DNA from: Polyangiaceae bacterium
Lineage (GTDB): Bacteria; Myxococcota_A; Polyangia; Polyangiales; Polyangiaceae
Direction of reading: 5' to 3'
Length of the DNA stretch: 64,000 nt
Assembly (NCBI GenBank): GCA_965222375.1
Contig: CBDCTZ010000016.1
Location: 1,568,001-1,632,000, forward strand
In this document: piece after piece, positions 30,851 to 40,741 of the stretch
Layout: every line of letters begins with the position of its first letter
Numbering within the stretch: the stretch's first letter is position 1
The notes under the pieces: model-generated
What the model was told of the DNA's origin: nothing
Database searches by the model: none
The model's input: the letters and a program-made list of their open reading frames with translations, nothing else
Made by a program: the position numbers and the translations under genes

Positions 30851-31342
30851 CTACAAGATCCTCTGCAGCACCATCACATCGACCCACGCATCGAATTTGC
30901 GGCCTACCTCGCGCCAAGTGCCCGCGGGTGTGAAACCGGCGCGTTCGTGTAGGGCGTGGCTGGCGGGGTTGTCGCCCCCGAGTACTGCCATCAAAACGTG
31001 CACGCCTTGGGCCTTGGCGTGAGCAATCAGCGTGTCGAGCAGCAGGCGCCCGATGCCCTTGCCCCGTGCGTCGACGTCCACGTACACGCTCACTTCCATC
31101 GTGCGCGCGTAGGCGGCCTTCTCTCGGAACTTGGCGTAGTACGCGAAGCCCACGACCTGCTCTTCGAGGGTCGCCGTGAAGAGTGGTCGCTCGGCGTCGA
31201 AAGCCGCAAACCACTGGCGGCGCTCCTCGAGCTTGACCGGCGCCAGGTCGAAGGTCGCGACGCTCGTCGTGACGGCGTGGTTGTAGATGTCGACAATGGC
31301 TTGCAAGTCCGAGGCTTGCGCGTGGCGGATGCTTGGCTGCAC
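30851..31342 (-). CDS. GNAT N-acetyltransferase, phosphinothricin/methionine sulfoximine (Pat/YncA) family
   Basis: IYNHAV..SVATFD, EVSVYV...RGKGIG, NPASHALH, VGRKFDAWVD. Confidence 0.92.
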   Translation of the reverse strand: MQPSIRHAQASDLQAIVDIYNHAVTTSVATFDLAPVKLEERRQWFAAFDAERPLFTATLEEQVVGFAYYAKFREKAAYARTMEVSVYVDVDARGKGIGRLLLDTLIAHAKAQGVHVLMAVLGGDNPASHALHERAGFTPAGTWREVGRKFDAWVDVMVLQRIL

Positions 31343-32112
31343 TAGCTGAGCTTACCTTTTCCCAGCAGCAGATTGGCTTCGCGCTTCATCTTGGCCGTGG
31401 CTTTCGAGCGAGACTTGTTTGCTTCCTGAGTGAAGTCTTCGAGGCACTCGCGCGCGCGATCCGGGCGCTGCGCAAGCTCGTGCAGGCGCCCTTCCCAGTA
31501 CAGCGCTTCGACCAAGCCGGGGGCGAGGCGCCTGGCTCTGCGCGCGGCGGCGATGCCGCTGGCCAGATTGCCGCGCCCCAAGCGCATGCGCAGCGCGAAG
31601 GTGGACTTGGCGAACGTCAGTTGGGCGCGCGGGTCTTCCGGACGGCTCTGGGCGTCCTTGGACACTTCGGAGTGGCTTGCGAGCAGCTTGCGTGCCGCGC
31701 GGCGGTCCCGACGGCAGTTCTGACAGTCGATGGCAGTGGAGCTCTCGAAGAATTTCAGGGTCTCGTACCAATGGCGCTGCTCTTTCGCGCTGAACACGAA
31801 GGTTCGGTGGCAGGTTTGGCAGCGTCGCTCGATGTCCACATAGAAGAGGTGTGGGCCGCCCAGACCGAAGACTTGGCGCAAGGGCGAGCCACGCACGGAG
31901 CCCGGAGGCAGCTTCTTCATCTCGCCGGGTTCGAGTTCGTAGGTGTACCAGGTGGCCGGGTGCCCGCGAACCTGGCGCACACGCAGCTCGCCATAGCGTG
32001 TTGCTACGGTCGAGTCCGGAGGGGTGGCCTTCTTGCGTGACGCGCCAGCCTGCTTCGGTTTTCTCTTCCGGGCGCGTCTTTTCACGAGTCGGTCGCAGCG
32101 TTTGGCGGCCAT
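31342..32112 (-). CDS. Zinc-ribbon (CxxC...EQ..WYE...CxxCR) plus TPR protein
   Basis: YVDIERRCQTCHRTFVFSAKEQRHWYETLKF...CQNCRR; start uncertain. Confidence 0.8.
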   Translation of the reverse strand: MAAKRCDRLVKRRARKRKPKQAGASRKKATPPDSTVATRYGELRVRQVRGHPATWYTYELEPGEMKKLPPGSVRGSPLRQVFGLGGPHLFYVDIERRCQTCHRTFVFSAKEQRHWYETLKFFESSTAIDCQNCRRDRRAARKLLASHSEVSKDAQSRPEDPRAQLTFAKSTFALRMRLGRGNLASGIAAARRARRLAPGLVEALYWEGRLHELAQRPDRARECLEDFTQEANKSRSKATAKMKREANLLLGKGKLS

Positions 32113-32300
32113 GACGGCAGTTTGCACGCGGTCTTGGGCTTCGGCCAAGGCTCTCCGCGCAGTAGCCACCAGCGAAGCCGGCGAAGACCTGGGCGCGACC
32201 GAGCACGGGCATGGAAAGCTCCCGCCGCTGGCGTAGAACCGCTACCATCGTTGGCGCTGCGAGGGAGGGCCACTCCAGTGCAGTTCGAGAAGGAGGCTGC

Positions 32301-33638
32301 GTGAGCAAGCAGGAAAAATCGGGAGTCGAACTACAGCCAGTGTGCGTGATCGAACAGATCCCGGTTCGCTACGAACACGCGGTGCCCGAAAAGGAGATCC
32401 GCAAGGCGTCGATCCCCACGCCCGTCAACCTCGCGATTCACCCGGAGCTCGGTCGCGGCGGAATGGGTCGCATCCACCCGGCCATGGACCGCAACCTGCT
32501 CCGCCCGGTGGCCTTGAAGTACTTGGATGCGGAACTGTCGAAGGTTCCGATGTATCTCGATGGTTTCGTGGCGGAAGCCCAGATCACCGGACAGTTGGAG
32601 CACCCGAACATCGTACCGGTTCATGAGCTGGCGATTACCCCCTTGGGCGTGCCCTACTTCAGCATGAAGCTGGTGCAAGGGGTGACCTTGTACGAATGGC
32701 TACGGGACCCAGCACAGCCTCGAGGTTCGACCAAACGCCTCCAAGATGGTCTGGAGATCTTCCTCAAGGTCTGCGATGCCGTGGCCTATGCTCACTATCG
32801 CGGCGTGATCCATCGAGATCTGAAGCCCGACAACATCATGATCGCCGACTTCGGCCAGGTGTACCTGATGGACTTCGGGTTGGCTCGGCTGAGCAAGACT
32901 CGGCCAGCGTCCGGAGAAGACTCTCAGATGGAGGCGCCGGGACCAGTCGGCACGCCAATGTACATGGCGCCGGAGCAGGCTCGGGGCAATCCCGTGGAGA
33001 TGGACGAGCGTTCGGACGTATTCGGACTAGGTGCGCTGTTGTACGAGATCGTCAGTGGCCGAACTCCCTATGGCTTCCACAAGACGGCCAAGTCGATCTT
33101 GAAAGCCGCAACCAAGGGGAAGGTCGTGCCCTTGGCGGAAGCCACCGAGGGCGTTGATGTGTCGAAGCGCCTCAGTGCCATCGTGGACCGCGCCGTCGCT
33201 CCGGATCCAGAGGATCGCTTTCAGTCGGTGCTGGAGTTGCAGGCGGACGTTCGGCGCTTCTTGCGCGGCGGCCTGTACTTGCCGAGCGAGGTCTTCGCTC
33301 CAGGGACGTTGATCATGCGAGAGGGCGACCGGGGCGACACGGCGTACATGATCGTCAGTGGGCACTGTCGCGTCTTTCGCAAGCTGGACGATGGCGAGGA
33401 GACCTTGGGCACCATGGAAGCCGGAGACGTATTTGGCGAAATGGCGCTGCTCCTGGATGAACCCCGTGCCGCGAGTGTCGAAGCGGTGGATCAAGTCTCC
33501 GCCCTGGTGCTGGACAAGCGCACCATGAGCGAGGGCCTTGGCATCGAGGGCTGGAGCTCGAAGCTCGTGCGGGCCCTGGCCGAACGCTTCCGCAATCTGG
33601 AACAACAGATGCGGGACTCTGGCCATCGTCGTGGCTAG
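32301..33638 (+). CDS. Ser/Thr protein kinase with C-terminal cyclic-nucleotide-binding domain
   Basis: AGGAGG RBS before GTG; LGRGGMG, HRDLKPDN, DFG, APE; then IMREGDRGD...GDVFGEMALL...PRAASV. Confidence 0.93.
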   Translation: MSKQEKSGVELQPVCVIEQIPVRYEHAVPEKEIRKASIPTPVNLAIHPELGRGGMGRIHPAMDRNLLRPVALKYLDAELSKVPMYLDGFVAEAQITGQLEHPNIVPVHELAITPLGVPYFSMKLVQGVTLYEWLRDPAQPRGSTKRLQDGLEIFLKVCDAVAYAHYRGVIHRDLKPDNIMIADFGQVYLMDFGLARLSKTRPASGEDSQMEAPGPVGTPMYMAPEQARGNPVEMDERSDVFGLGALLYEIVSGRTPYGFHKTAKSILKAATKGKVVPLAEATEGVDVSKRLSAIVDRAVAPDPEDRFQSVLELQADVRRFLRGGLYLPSEVFAPGTLIMREGDRGDTAYMIVSGHCRVFRKLDDGEETLGTMEAGDVFGEMALLLDEPRAASVEAVDQVSALVLDKRTMSEGLGIEGWSSKLVRALAERFRNLEQQMRDSGHRRG

Positions 33639-33806
33639 CGCGATTCGTGGCTAGCGCGATTCGTGGCCAGCGGCGTCCGCGTGGCTAGCGCGGCCCGTGG
33701 CTAGCGCGATTCGTGGCTAGCGGCGTCCGCGTGGCTAGCGCGGCTCGTGGCTAGCGCGATTCGTGGCTAGCGGCGTCCGCGTGGCTAGCGCGGCTCGTGG
33801 CTAGCG
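33631..33806. repeat. Tandem array of 11 GTGGCTAGCG cores with a 50-bp higher-order period
   Basis: Cores at 33631, 33647, 33663 (CCAG variant), 33681, 33697, 33713, 33731, 33747, 33763, 33781 and 33797. Linkers are CGATTC, GCGTCCGC or CGGC(C/T)C. Confidence 0.97.
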
Positions 33807-34652
33807 CCGTTTCGGGAGCTTGAGGCGGCCCTTGCCGCTGCGCCCGCCCGTGCCTGACGGTGGCGGCGGCTGCGGCGGCGGGGGAGGGGGCAACGTATTC
33901 GTCGTGGTCGGTGGCGGCGGCGGTGGGGGTGGGAGTGGTTTGGGCTTTGGCTTGGGTGTGATCACCGGGCGCGGCTTGGGAGTTGGGCTCACTGCCACCG
34001 GAGTTTCCATAGGTTCGCTTGGGGGAACCGTTGGCGTGGTGGGCTCTTCGGGCGCTTCGGACTTCACTTCCGTCGTGCCGCCGACGCCAGTTGCTGCCGG
34101 CGAGATGTCGATGGTCTGAGGTCCTGTGTCGTCGTCGTCCTTGGATTGCACGACGAAGACGATGGCGATCAGGCCGCCCAAGATGGCCAACAGTCCGATC
34201 AGACCACCAACCAAGAGGCCCGTGTTGCCGCCGCTTCGCCGCTGCGGCGGCGGTGGAGCCATGATGGGTGCGAGTTGCATCGGTGGCGCGGCGTGGGGCG
34301 CCATGGGTGCGGGCGGCGCGTAGGCCGGCGCCGGTTGCTGCGCCGGACCTTGGGGCGGTCCGCCGAGTTGGGTTTCGCCGCCCGGGGGTGGAAACGCACC
34401 GGGCCCTCCCACGAACAAGGGCGGCTCGCCGGGTTGGGTCTTTCCGGGTTTGGACCATTGGCCCTCTGCTGGGGCAGGTTCCGGATCCGTGACGCCGTCC
34501 ACGACGGTGCCTTTGGGCTCCGGATCCGTCACGCCGTCTACGACCGTGCCCGAGGGCGCAACCTTCGGCTCCGCATCACCCTTGGGTGCGGCCACCATGG
34601 CTTCCGTCGGCCGGCCGCCGCCAGAACCCTCGGGTTTGTTGCCATCACTCAT
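33801..34652 (-). CDS. Pro-rich single-TM protein
   Basis: Internal duplication GTVVDGVTDPEP x2, one TM helix, Pro/Thr tail. Confidence 0.75.
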   Translation of the reverse strand: MSDGNKPEGSGGGRPTEAMVAAPKGDAEPKVAPSGTVVDGVTDPEPKGTVVDGVTDPEPAPAEGQWSKPGKTQPGEPPLFVGGPGAFPPPGGETQLGGPPQGPAQQPAPAYAPPAPMAPHAAPPMQLAPIMAPPPPQRRSGGNTGLLVGGLIGLLAILGGLIAIVFVVQSKDDDDTGPQTIDISPAATGVGGTTEVKSEAPEEPTTPTVPPSEPMETPVAVSPTPKPRPVITPKPKPKPLPPPPPPPPTTTNTLPPPPPPQPPPPSGTGGRSGKGRLKLPKRR

Positions 34653-34746
34653 GCCTGCACCTTCGGCTCTAGTAGCTAACTATGGCTCAACACGCCAGTT
34701 CGCGAAAGATCTTACAGCTTTTCGACGGCTCAGCTGCGGCTGCCAT

Positions 34747-35490
34747 TCAGCGCTTCGCGGGATCCACTGCGCTCAGTACCGCGACCTGAATCCCCAGGCG
34801 GCGTTCCGGCGAGATCGGCGCGCCGCTCAATTCGACGATGCTGAAGCGGTCTCGCACGCGTCCACCGTTCGTCTTCACCTCTGACTGCTCGATCTGAACC
34901 CGCTGGCGGAACAGCGCACGCGCCAAAGCCAACAGCAGACCGGACCGGTCATCGGTCTCCACTTCCAGAACGCTCAAGCTGCCGTCTTCTTCTCCGAGAA
35001 ACCGCACCGTCGTTTCGATGGGGCCCGCCGCCGGAGCGACCTCCGGCGGTCGCGCAGTTTCCTCGTCAACGCGCCCCTCCAACAAGCCGATCAGTACGGA
35101 GTTGACCTCTGCAATGTCGGGTGGGGTCAACGGCTCGCCATGACGCTCCTGACCCGCCCGCCGAACCCAAAATAGATCGACCGCTTCGGCCCGCCCGCCG
35201 CTCGTGCGACGTGTGTGCGCCTCCGCGTCCATGACGTCGACACCGGCGATGACCAGAGCGGCGCTGATGATCGCCAGAAGACCGGGTCGGTCTTCTGCCA
35301 CGATGCATAGAGTGCTGGGCGCGCCACGGCTCGGCGCGAGCAGTCCGGCGTGCGCAATGGCGTCGCCACGCTCGAGGGCGACGCGTGCATGGGCTTCGGA
35401 GGCCGCCTCGTCGTGCCTTTCGCGATAGCGCTGGGGCATGCTTTCGCGGAATTCGCGGGTCCAGGAAGGACTGGGCTTTGTCGAGCTCAC
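34747..35490 (-). CDS. Tandem ACT-domain protein (like the GlnD C-terminus)
   Basis: LCIVAEDRPGLLAIISAAL...DAEAHT...AVDLFWV and VLEVETDDRSGLLLALARAL...VRDRF. Confidence 0.85.
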   Translation of the reverse strand: MSSTKPSPSWTREFRESMPQRYRERHDEAASEAHARVALERGDAIAHAGLLAPSRGAPSTLCIVAEDRPGLLAIISAALVIAGVDVMDAEAHTRRTSGGRAEAVDLFWVRRAGQERHGEPLTPPDIAEVNSVLIGLLEGRVDEETARPPEVAPAAGPIETTVRFLGEEDGSLSVLEVETDDRSGLLLALARALFRQRVQIEQSEVKTNGGRVRDRFSIVELSGAPISPERRLGIQVAVLSAVDPAKR

Positions 35491-35563
35491 GTCGGGCGTC
35501 GTAGCGCAAATCCGATTGCAGGAGTGTTTCCGGCTTCTGTACCGCTCGAGGGGCGAGTGTCCC

Positions 35564-37228
35564 CTAGGGCTTGGGAGGGGGCGGTGGCCAGGTTGGAAAC
35601 GTTGGAATCGTCGTAGGAATCGTCGGTAGTGGGGGCAGCCCACTGGGCAGCGGGAAGGTCGGAAACGGCGCGACACCGCCGGCGTCCGCTGTTCCGCCGT
35701 CCGCCTTGCCGGCATCCCGCTTGGGAATGGGACGGATTGGACCGCCACCGGGTTTTGGCGTGGTCACCGTCGGCGTCGGCCCAGGCGCAGGGAAGGGTGG
35801 TGGGGGTGTCGTCGCGGTGGGTGAGCCGCCTTGGGGCGCGATCGTCGTGGTCGGGGTGGGATCACCCAGCGGATTCACGGGCGTTGGATCCTCCTTCTTG
35901 TCTCGCAACACCACGACGAGGGCAATCACGCCGCCTGTGACCAACAAGCCGAGCAGGAGCGCCACGAGTGCCCCGACGCCACCGCCGCCCTTCTTGCGAC
36001 CAGGTGGTGGGCCGAAGCCGCCCGGAGGCCCGGCCGGTCCGCCTGCCATCCCCGCAGCAGGCGGTGTGACCGCCACGGGCGGGTGTGCTTGGGCGGTGCG
36101 ATGGTCCGGAACGGCCTGACGCTCCGCAGTCTGCCGCGAGAGCTCGGCGATCAGCTCCTTCGACGCTTCCTGGGTCGATCCGTGAGGCGCTTCGCCTTGC
36201 ACGGGCTCCGTGTCCGCGTCCTCTGGCGGTAGCGTTTTCGCTACCGTGGCTGGCCGGTTCGGCTCTTTGGGCGCAAGGGGTGGAAGCTCCTCTGTCTTCG
36301 TCTGCTTCGGCGGAGGCGGCGCCGAAGAGACGGCCGCGGGTGGTGGGGTTGCGGCGAGCTTGCCTGCCTGAGACAGCTCCCCTGCGAGGTTCGCCAACGC
36401 GAGTCGCATCTCCGATGCGCTGGCGAAGCGCTTTTCTTTTTCTGGCGCCATGCCGCGGTGCACCAGCTCCGATATCGGCCCCTTGAGAGAAGCGTCGTGT
36501 TCAGTCAGGCGGCGGATCTTGCCCTGGGCCACCTGGCCGACGATCGCCGCCGCGTCGTCACCATAGGCCGGCCGCTCACCCGTCAACATCTCGTATAGGA
36601 GCACGCCGATGGAATACAGATCCGCGCGGTGATCCACCTTGTCAGCGGAGTACAACTGCTCCGGCGCCATGTACTCGGGCGTGCCCATGATGGCGCCGGG
36701 CCGCGTGAGCCCCTTCTTGTACTCGTTGGTGTCGTAGAGCTTGGCTATGCCGAAGTCCAAGAGCTTCAGCACGGGGCCACCCGTGCTGGGCGTGATGAAG
36801 ACGTTGTCGGGCTTAAGATCCCGATGCACGACTCCTAGAGCGTGCGCTGCCTCCAGCCCGGCCAGAATTTGCAGGGCGAAGTCGATGGCCTGATCTCGCG
36901 CCAGCTTGCTACGCCGGTCCAGCATGTCCTGCAGAGACTCGCCGGAGAGCAGCTCCATCACGATGAACGGTGCGCCATCCGGCGTCTGATCGACATCCGT
37001 GACCCGCGTGACGTGGGGGCTCTGAATTCGCGCCGACACCCGCGCTTCTTGGAGGAATCTCGATGAAAGCCCGGGACGTCGAGCTAGCTCCGAGTGCAAG
37101 AACTTGAGGGCCACGTTCGTGCCCAGCATTTCGTGGTGCGCTTCGTAGACCGAGCCCATGCCGCCATCGCCGATGAGGCGGATGACGCGGTACTTGCCTC
37201 CGATGACGTCGCCGGATTGGGGTCGCAT
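35564..37228 (-). CDS. Ser/Thr protein kinase, single TM, Pro-rich
   Basis: IGDGGMGSV, VALK, HRDLKPDN, DFG, GTPEYMAPEQ. Confidence 0.95.
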   Translation of the reverse strand: MRPQSGDVIGGKYRVIRLIGDGGMGSVYEAHHEMLGTNVALKFLHSELARRPGLSSRFLQEARVSARIQSPHVTRVTDVDQTPDGAPFIVMELLSGESLQDMLDRRSKLARDQAIDFALQILAGLEAAHALGVVHRDLKPDNVFITPSTGGPVLKLLDFGIAKLYDTNEYKKGLTRPGAIMGTPEYMAPEQLYSADKVDHRADLYSIGVLLYEMLTGERPAYGDDAAAIVGQVAQGKIRRLTEHDASLKGPISELVHRGMAPEKEKRFASASEMRLALANLAGELSQAGKLAATPPPAAVSSAPPPPKQTKTEELPPLAPKEPNRPATVAKTLPPEDADTEPVQGEAPHGSTQEASKELIAELSRQTAERQAVPDHRTAQAHPPVAVTPPAAGMAGGPAGPPGGFGPPPGRKKGGGGVGALVALLLGLLVTGGVIALVVVLRDKKEDPTPVNPLGDPTPTTTIAPQGGSPTATTPPPPFPAPGPTPTVTTPKPGGGPIRPIPKRDAGKADGGTADAGGVAPFPTFPLPSGLPPLPTIPTTIPTFPTWPPPPPKP

Positions 37229-37367
37229 GGTCTTTGGTGAAACGGGCCGGGGGCGCCATCCTGACAGGGAAGCCGGGTCTGGCACAGTATTGGACGCATA
37301 ACTATATGAAACTAATCATAAATTCTATGAAAGTTCAGGCGCTGTCGTGGGCTTTGGGAGGGCTATC

Positions 37368-37829
37368 TCACTTCGGATCGCACCAGCATTGGGCGAGGCC
37401 ACTAGGGGAACTCTGGCCATTGCGGGTCTTGCCGCAGACACCCGAGTAGGTCTCGCCGATGTCCTCGCATTGGAAAGTGCAATCCATTTGCGCCAGGCGC
37501 CCCACGGAACAGGTCATGATTCGGATGCCGTTACACGCCACGCCATCCGGCGAGCACCTCGGGTAGCACGCGGGCACCCAGCTGGCCGAACTGGTCGGGC
37601 CTTGTTCCAGCTCCGTGCAACTCGCGCTTTGGATGGCCTCGGCGCATGCCTCGGGGAAGTGTGATGCCAGGCAGCGGTCCACGCAGGCTGTGCCACCGTC
37701 GAGGTTCGGGCAGGCGCCAGTATGATCGCAGATCGCTTCGCAGGCCTTTTGTTCAGCCTCTGGATCCGGCAACTGGACGCACGCGCCGAGCACTACCAGC
37801 ACGATGGAGACGGAAAGCGCGCGTCGCAT
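37368..37829 (-). CDS. Small Cys-rich lipoprotein
   Basis: MRRALSVSIVLVVLGAC followed by many Cys. Confidence 0.75.
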   Translation of the reverse strand: MRRALSVSIVLVVLGACVQLPDPEAEQKACEAICDHTGACPNLDGGTACVDRCLASHFPEACAEAIQSASCTELEQGPTSSASWVPACYPRCSPDGVACNGIRIMTCSVGRLAQMDCTFQCEDIGETYSGVCGKTRNGQSSPSGLAQCWCDPK

Positions 37830-37985
37830 CCCGAGAGGCTTAGCACGAACCCAAACAGACGAAACCCTTGCACGGCGTGCGGCAAAAACGGCGGCACAGT
37901 GCAGCTTCTGCGCCTGAAATTCTGTCCCAGTCCGGCGATCTAGCCCGTTGCGGTATGGACCAGCCCGTGCTTTCACCGGAGCGAC

Positions 37986-38831
37986 GTGCCGGTACCTCGC
38001 AGTCTGAAACAACTCGTGATGCGCGCCATGATGCGGCGCGAGGACTACCTGCGAATCACCCGCGCTGAGTTTGGGGATGCGGGCCACGGCTACGATCCGT
38101 TGGGCTTGTCTGCGGAGGACTTCGCCTTTGCCGTGGCGTTAGCCTTCCCTTGGTATGAACGCTACTTTCGTGTGCGCTCCAAAGGCGCGGAGAACATCCC
38201 GGCCCACGGGCCCGTGATCGTGGCGGCGAACCACAGCGGGATGCTGCCCATCGATGGGGTGATGCTCGCAGTGGACATTGCGCGACGCACTCGTCCAGCG
38301 CGCATTCCGCGCACGGTCGGTGACGTGTTCATTCCCTTCATGCCATGGGTGGGCGCTGCCTTTGCGCGGGCCGGGGTGGTCAGCGGCAGCCGCGGCAACT
38401 TCCGCCATCTCTTGGAAAACGGCGAACTGTTGGTGGTGTTTCCCGAAGGTACGCCCGGCATCAGCAAGGGCTACGACAAGCGCTACCAGTTGCAGGAGTT
38501 TCGGGTGGGGCATTGCGAGCTTGCCTTACGTCATCGCGCACCGGTCGTGCCCACGGCGGTCATCGGCGCCGAAGAAGCTTGGCCCCAGGTCGCGCTGATT
38601 CGGCAGATGGGCATGTTTGGAGCTCCGTTCTTGCCGGTGCCCATGACGCCGTTGCCGCTGCCCGCACGTTTTCATCTCCGCTACGGAGAGCCCATCCACC
38701 TGCACGAGCACTTCGTCGGCGAAAGCCCGGACGACCCGAAGATCGTCGCTCAGGCCGCAGTTCTCGTACGTGACGCCGTGGAACTCTTGATCCAGGAAGG
38801 ACTGGCTGCGCGAGATGGGGTCTTCACATGA
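37986..38831 (+). CDS. Lysophospholipid acyltransferase (PlsC-like)
   Basis: ANHSGMLPID (HxxxxD) and VFPEG motifs. Confidence 0.92.
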   Translation: MPVPRSLKQLVMRAMMRREDYLRITRAEFGDAGHGYDPLGLSAEDFAFAVALAFPWYERYFRVRSKGAENIPAHGPVIVAANHSGMLPIDGVMLAVDIARRTRPARIPRTVGDVFIPFMPWVGAAFARAGVVSGSRGNFRHLLENGELLVVFPEGTPGISKGYDKRYQLQEFRVGHCELALRHRAPVVPTAVIGAEEAWPQVALIRQMGMFGAPFLPVPMTPLPLPARFHLRYGEPIHLHEHFVGESPDDPKIVAQAAVLVRDAVELLIQEGLAARDGVFT

Positions 38832-39826
38832 CGGGGGTTCTCGTTACCGGTGCCACCACCCCTCTGGGGCGTGCTCTCACTCGAGCGCTCCTGGCGCGCC
38901 CTGGAAACGGAGCCGTCCTCGCGGTTGGCGTGGAGCCGCACATCAACTTGCCGTCGACCCAGTCCGATCCCAGGTTCCACTACGAGCGAGCCGACCTCCG
39001 GCGCAGCCGAAACATCCGTCGATTGATGTTTGGTCCCGCCAAGGATCTGGAACTCGAAGTCGTGGTGCATGGGGCACATCACCGAAGTGCTCGAGATAGC
39101 GGCGCCGGGGTGCACGCACTCAACGTCGAGAGCACTCGGGAAATACTTTCACTCGCCGAACGCCATCCAACGATTCGCCGCTTCGTTTTCTTGAGCCACT
39201 CTGACGTGTACTCGGTGGACCCGAAGCGCTCTGTGCTAATCACAGAAGATCACCCGATGGATCTGACCAGGGACGCGCCGCAGCGTGTTCGTGATCGAGT
39301 GGAAGCGGACCTTTCGGTCGTCACTCGCATGGGCCTGTCGAAGGTCATCATTTCCGTGCTGCGCCTCGCGGAGATCCCCGTCGCGGACATGGGCAGTCAG
39401 CTGTTCGACTACCTGCGGTCTCGCATCTGCCTGCGCCCCTTGGGCTTCGACCCGATGCTCAATCTGCTGACTCTCAGCGATGCTGTCGACGCCATCACAC
39501 GCGCGGTGGGCAGCGATGCGCGAGGTGTCATGAACATCCCAGGTGCTGACACCATGCCCCTGTCCCGAGTCATTGCCCTCGCCCGGCGGCAGAACGTGGG
39601 TGTACCAGGTCCCCTACTGGCACCTCTTTATGGAGCTCGCGCGTCCACTCGCGGGCTCGAGTTTCGCTACGACATGAACCACCGTAGGTTCCACTTTTCA
39701 GCGATCCTCGACGGGACCCGCGCGAAAGAGGCGTTGGGCTTCGAAGCGCTTCACCCAGTCGATTGGCCGGCTCTCGCCAGTGCCGTGCGAATCCCCGGGC
39801 CCAGCCTACACCGTCGCGCCGAGTAG
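38828..39826 (+). CDS. NAD-dependent epimerase/dehydratase (atypical SDR)
   Basis: VLVTGATTPLG Rossmann start; ATGA overlap with the acyltransferase. Confidence 0.85.
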   Translation: MTGVLVTGATTPLGRALTRALLARPGNGAVLAVGVEPHINLPSTQSDPRFHYERADLRRSRNIRRLMFGPAKDLELEVVVHGAHHRSARDSGAGVHALNVESTREILSLAERHPTIRRFVFLSHSDVYSVDPKRSVLITEDHPMDLTRDAPQRVRDRVEADLSVVTRMGLSKVIISVLRLAEIPVADMGSQLFDYLRSRICLRPLGFDPMLNLLTLSDAVDAITRAVGSDARGVMNIPGADTMPLSRVIALARRQNVGVPGPLLAPLYGARASTRGLEFRYDMNHRRFHFSAILDGTRAKEALGFEALHPVDWPALASAVRIPGPSLHRRAE

Positions 39827-40741
39827 TACGGCTGCGGCCCAGGCGCTCAGGGCTGCAGATACGGGCACGGTGAAGTTGTCGTCCAAGCGGTGGGAAAACA
39901 GCTCAACCAGAGCGCCGACGCCAGCGGCCGCGACAGATATCCCGAGCCGGGCACCCAGACTCACGTCGGCGTGCCAAATCCCGAGAACCGCAAAGCTGGC
40001 CAGGGCTCCCACCAGGAAGAACGTGACGGTGCCCTCCAAAGTGCGTCCGTGCACCAGACTGATCCGGCCGTAGTGGCGTCCCACCAATCCGGCTGCGGGA
40101 TCCGCTAGCGCCAGAACTGCGACAGCGACAGCGCAGATCATGGGCAGCTGAATGAACGAAATCAGGAGCAGCGCGGTGCCATACCAGGTCGAAGAGTTGA
40201 CGCGGTGCCGCTCGTGAGGGTGAGCCACATGGCGGAAGAACCACATCAACCCGTCGTTCGCCTTGGAACTGAAGCGCCGCAGGATCTCCAAGAACCAAAA
40301 TGTCCCTGCAAAGATCGCGGGAGCGACGATGAGTCCCCACAGCGGCAAGATCTCTTCGATCAAGATCAGCACGGTGGCGCCACAGGCTACGTGGAACGCC
40401 GAGCGGCGCAGGTTCCTGGGACGCAAACTGGGTACTGGTTCCGCCTCCGCTCGTAGCGCTGCCGCCAGAGCTTCGTAGGTTGGAACCATCCGCGCGCGGA
40501 AAGCTTGCCAAGCCTCTCGACCTCCGTCCGCGTCGGGCAGGCTCTCTCGAATGCCTTGGACCACGTCCAGCCAGCGCTCACTCAACGTCGGCACTGCACT
40601 CGGTTGGCTGCCGATGACGCTAGCATGCTCTTGAATCGTCTCGAGCCGGGTGCGGGCCTCGGCGGAAACCGTCTGCCACCCACGCTTGTCCAACCCGCGG
40701 AGCAGGTCGTAGAGCTCCAGTGCGAGTGCGCGTCCGTCCAT
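39806..40741 (-). CDS. CTP-dependent diacylglycerol/polyprenol (phytol/dolichol) kinase family protein
   Basis: RRSAFH, LALADPAAGLVGRHYG, GRTLEG, LVELFS...DDNFTVP. Confidence 0.88.
   Translation of the reverse strand: MDGRALALELYDLLRGLDKRGWQTVSAEARTRLETIQEHASVIGSQPSAVPTLSERWLDVVQGIRESLPDADGGREAWQAFRARMVPTYEALAAALRAEAEPVPSLRPRNLRRSAFHVACGATVLILIEEILPLWGLIVAPAIFAGTFWFLEILRRFSSKANDGLMWFFRHVAHPHERHRVNSSTWYGTALLLISFIQLPMICAVAVAVLALADPAAGLVGRHYGRISLVHGRTLEGTVTFFLVGALASFAVLGIWHADVSLGARLGISVAAAGVGALVELFSHRLDDNFTVPVSAALSAWAAAVLLGATV

Noticed and set aside
33631..33806. CRISPR array
   Set aside because: The core is 10 bp and the 6-8 bp linkers themselves repeat; it is a minisatellite.
37217..37225. 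TTGGGGTCG half-site
   Set aside because: Lies within kinase codons and has no second half.
37321..37340. Myxococcus-type LexA box (GTTCAGG)
   Set aside because: Spacing between CT and GTTCAG does not fit the consensus as I recall it, and the downstream gene is not a repair gene.
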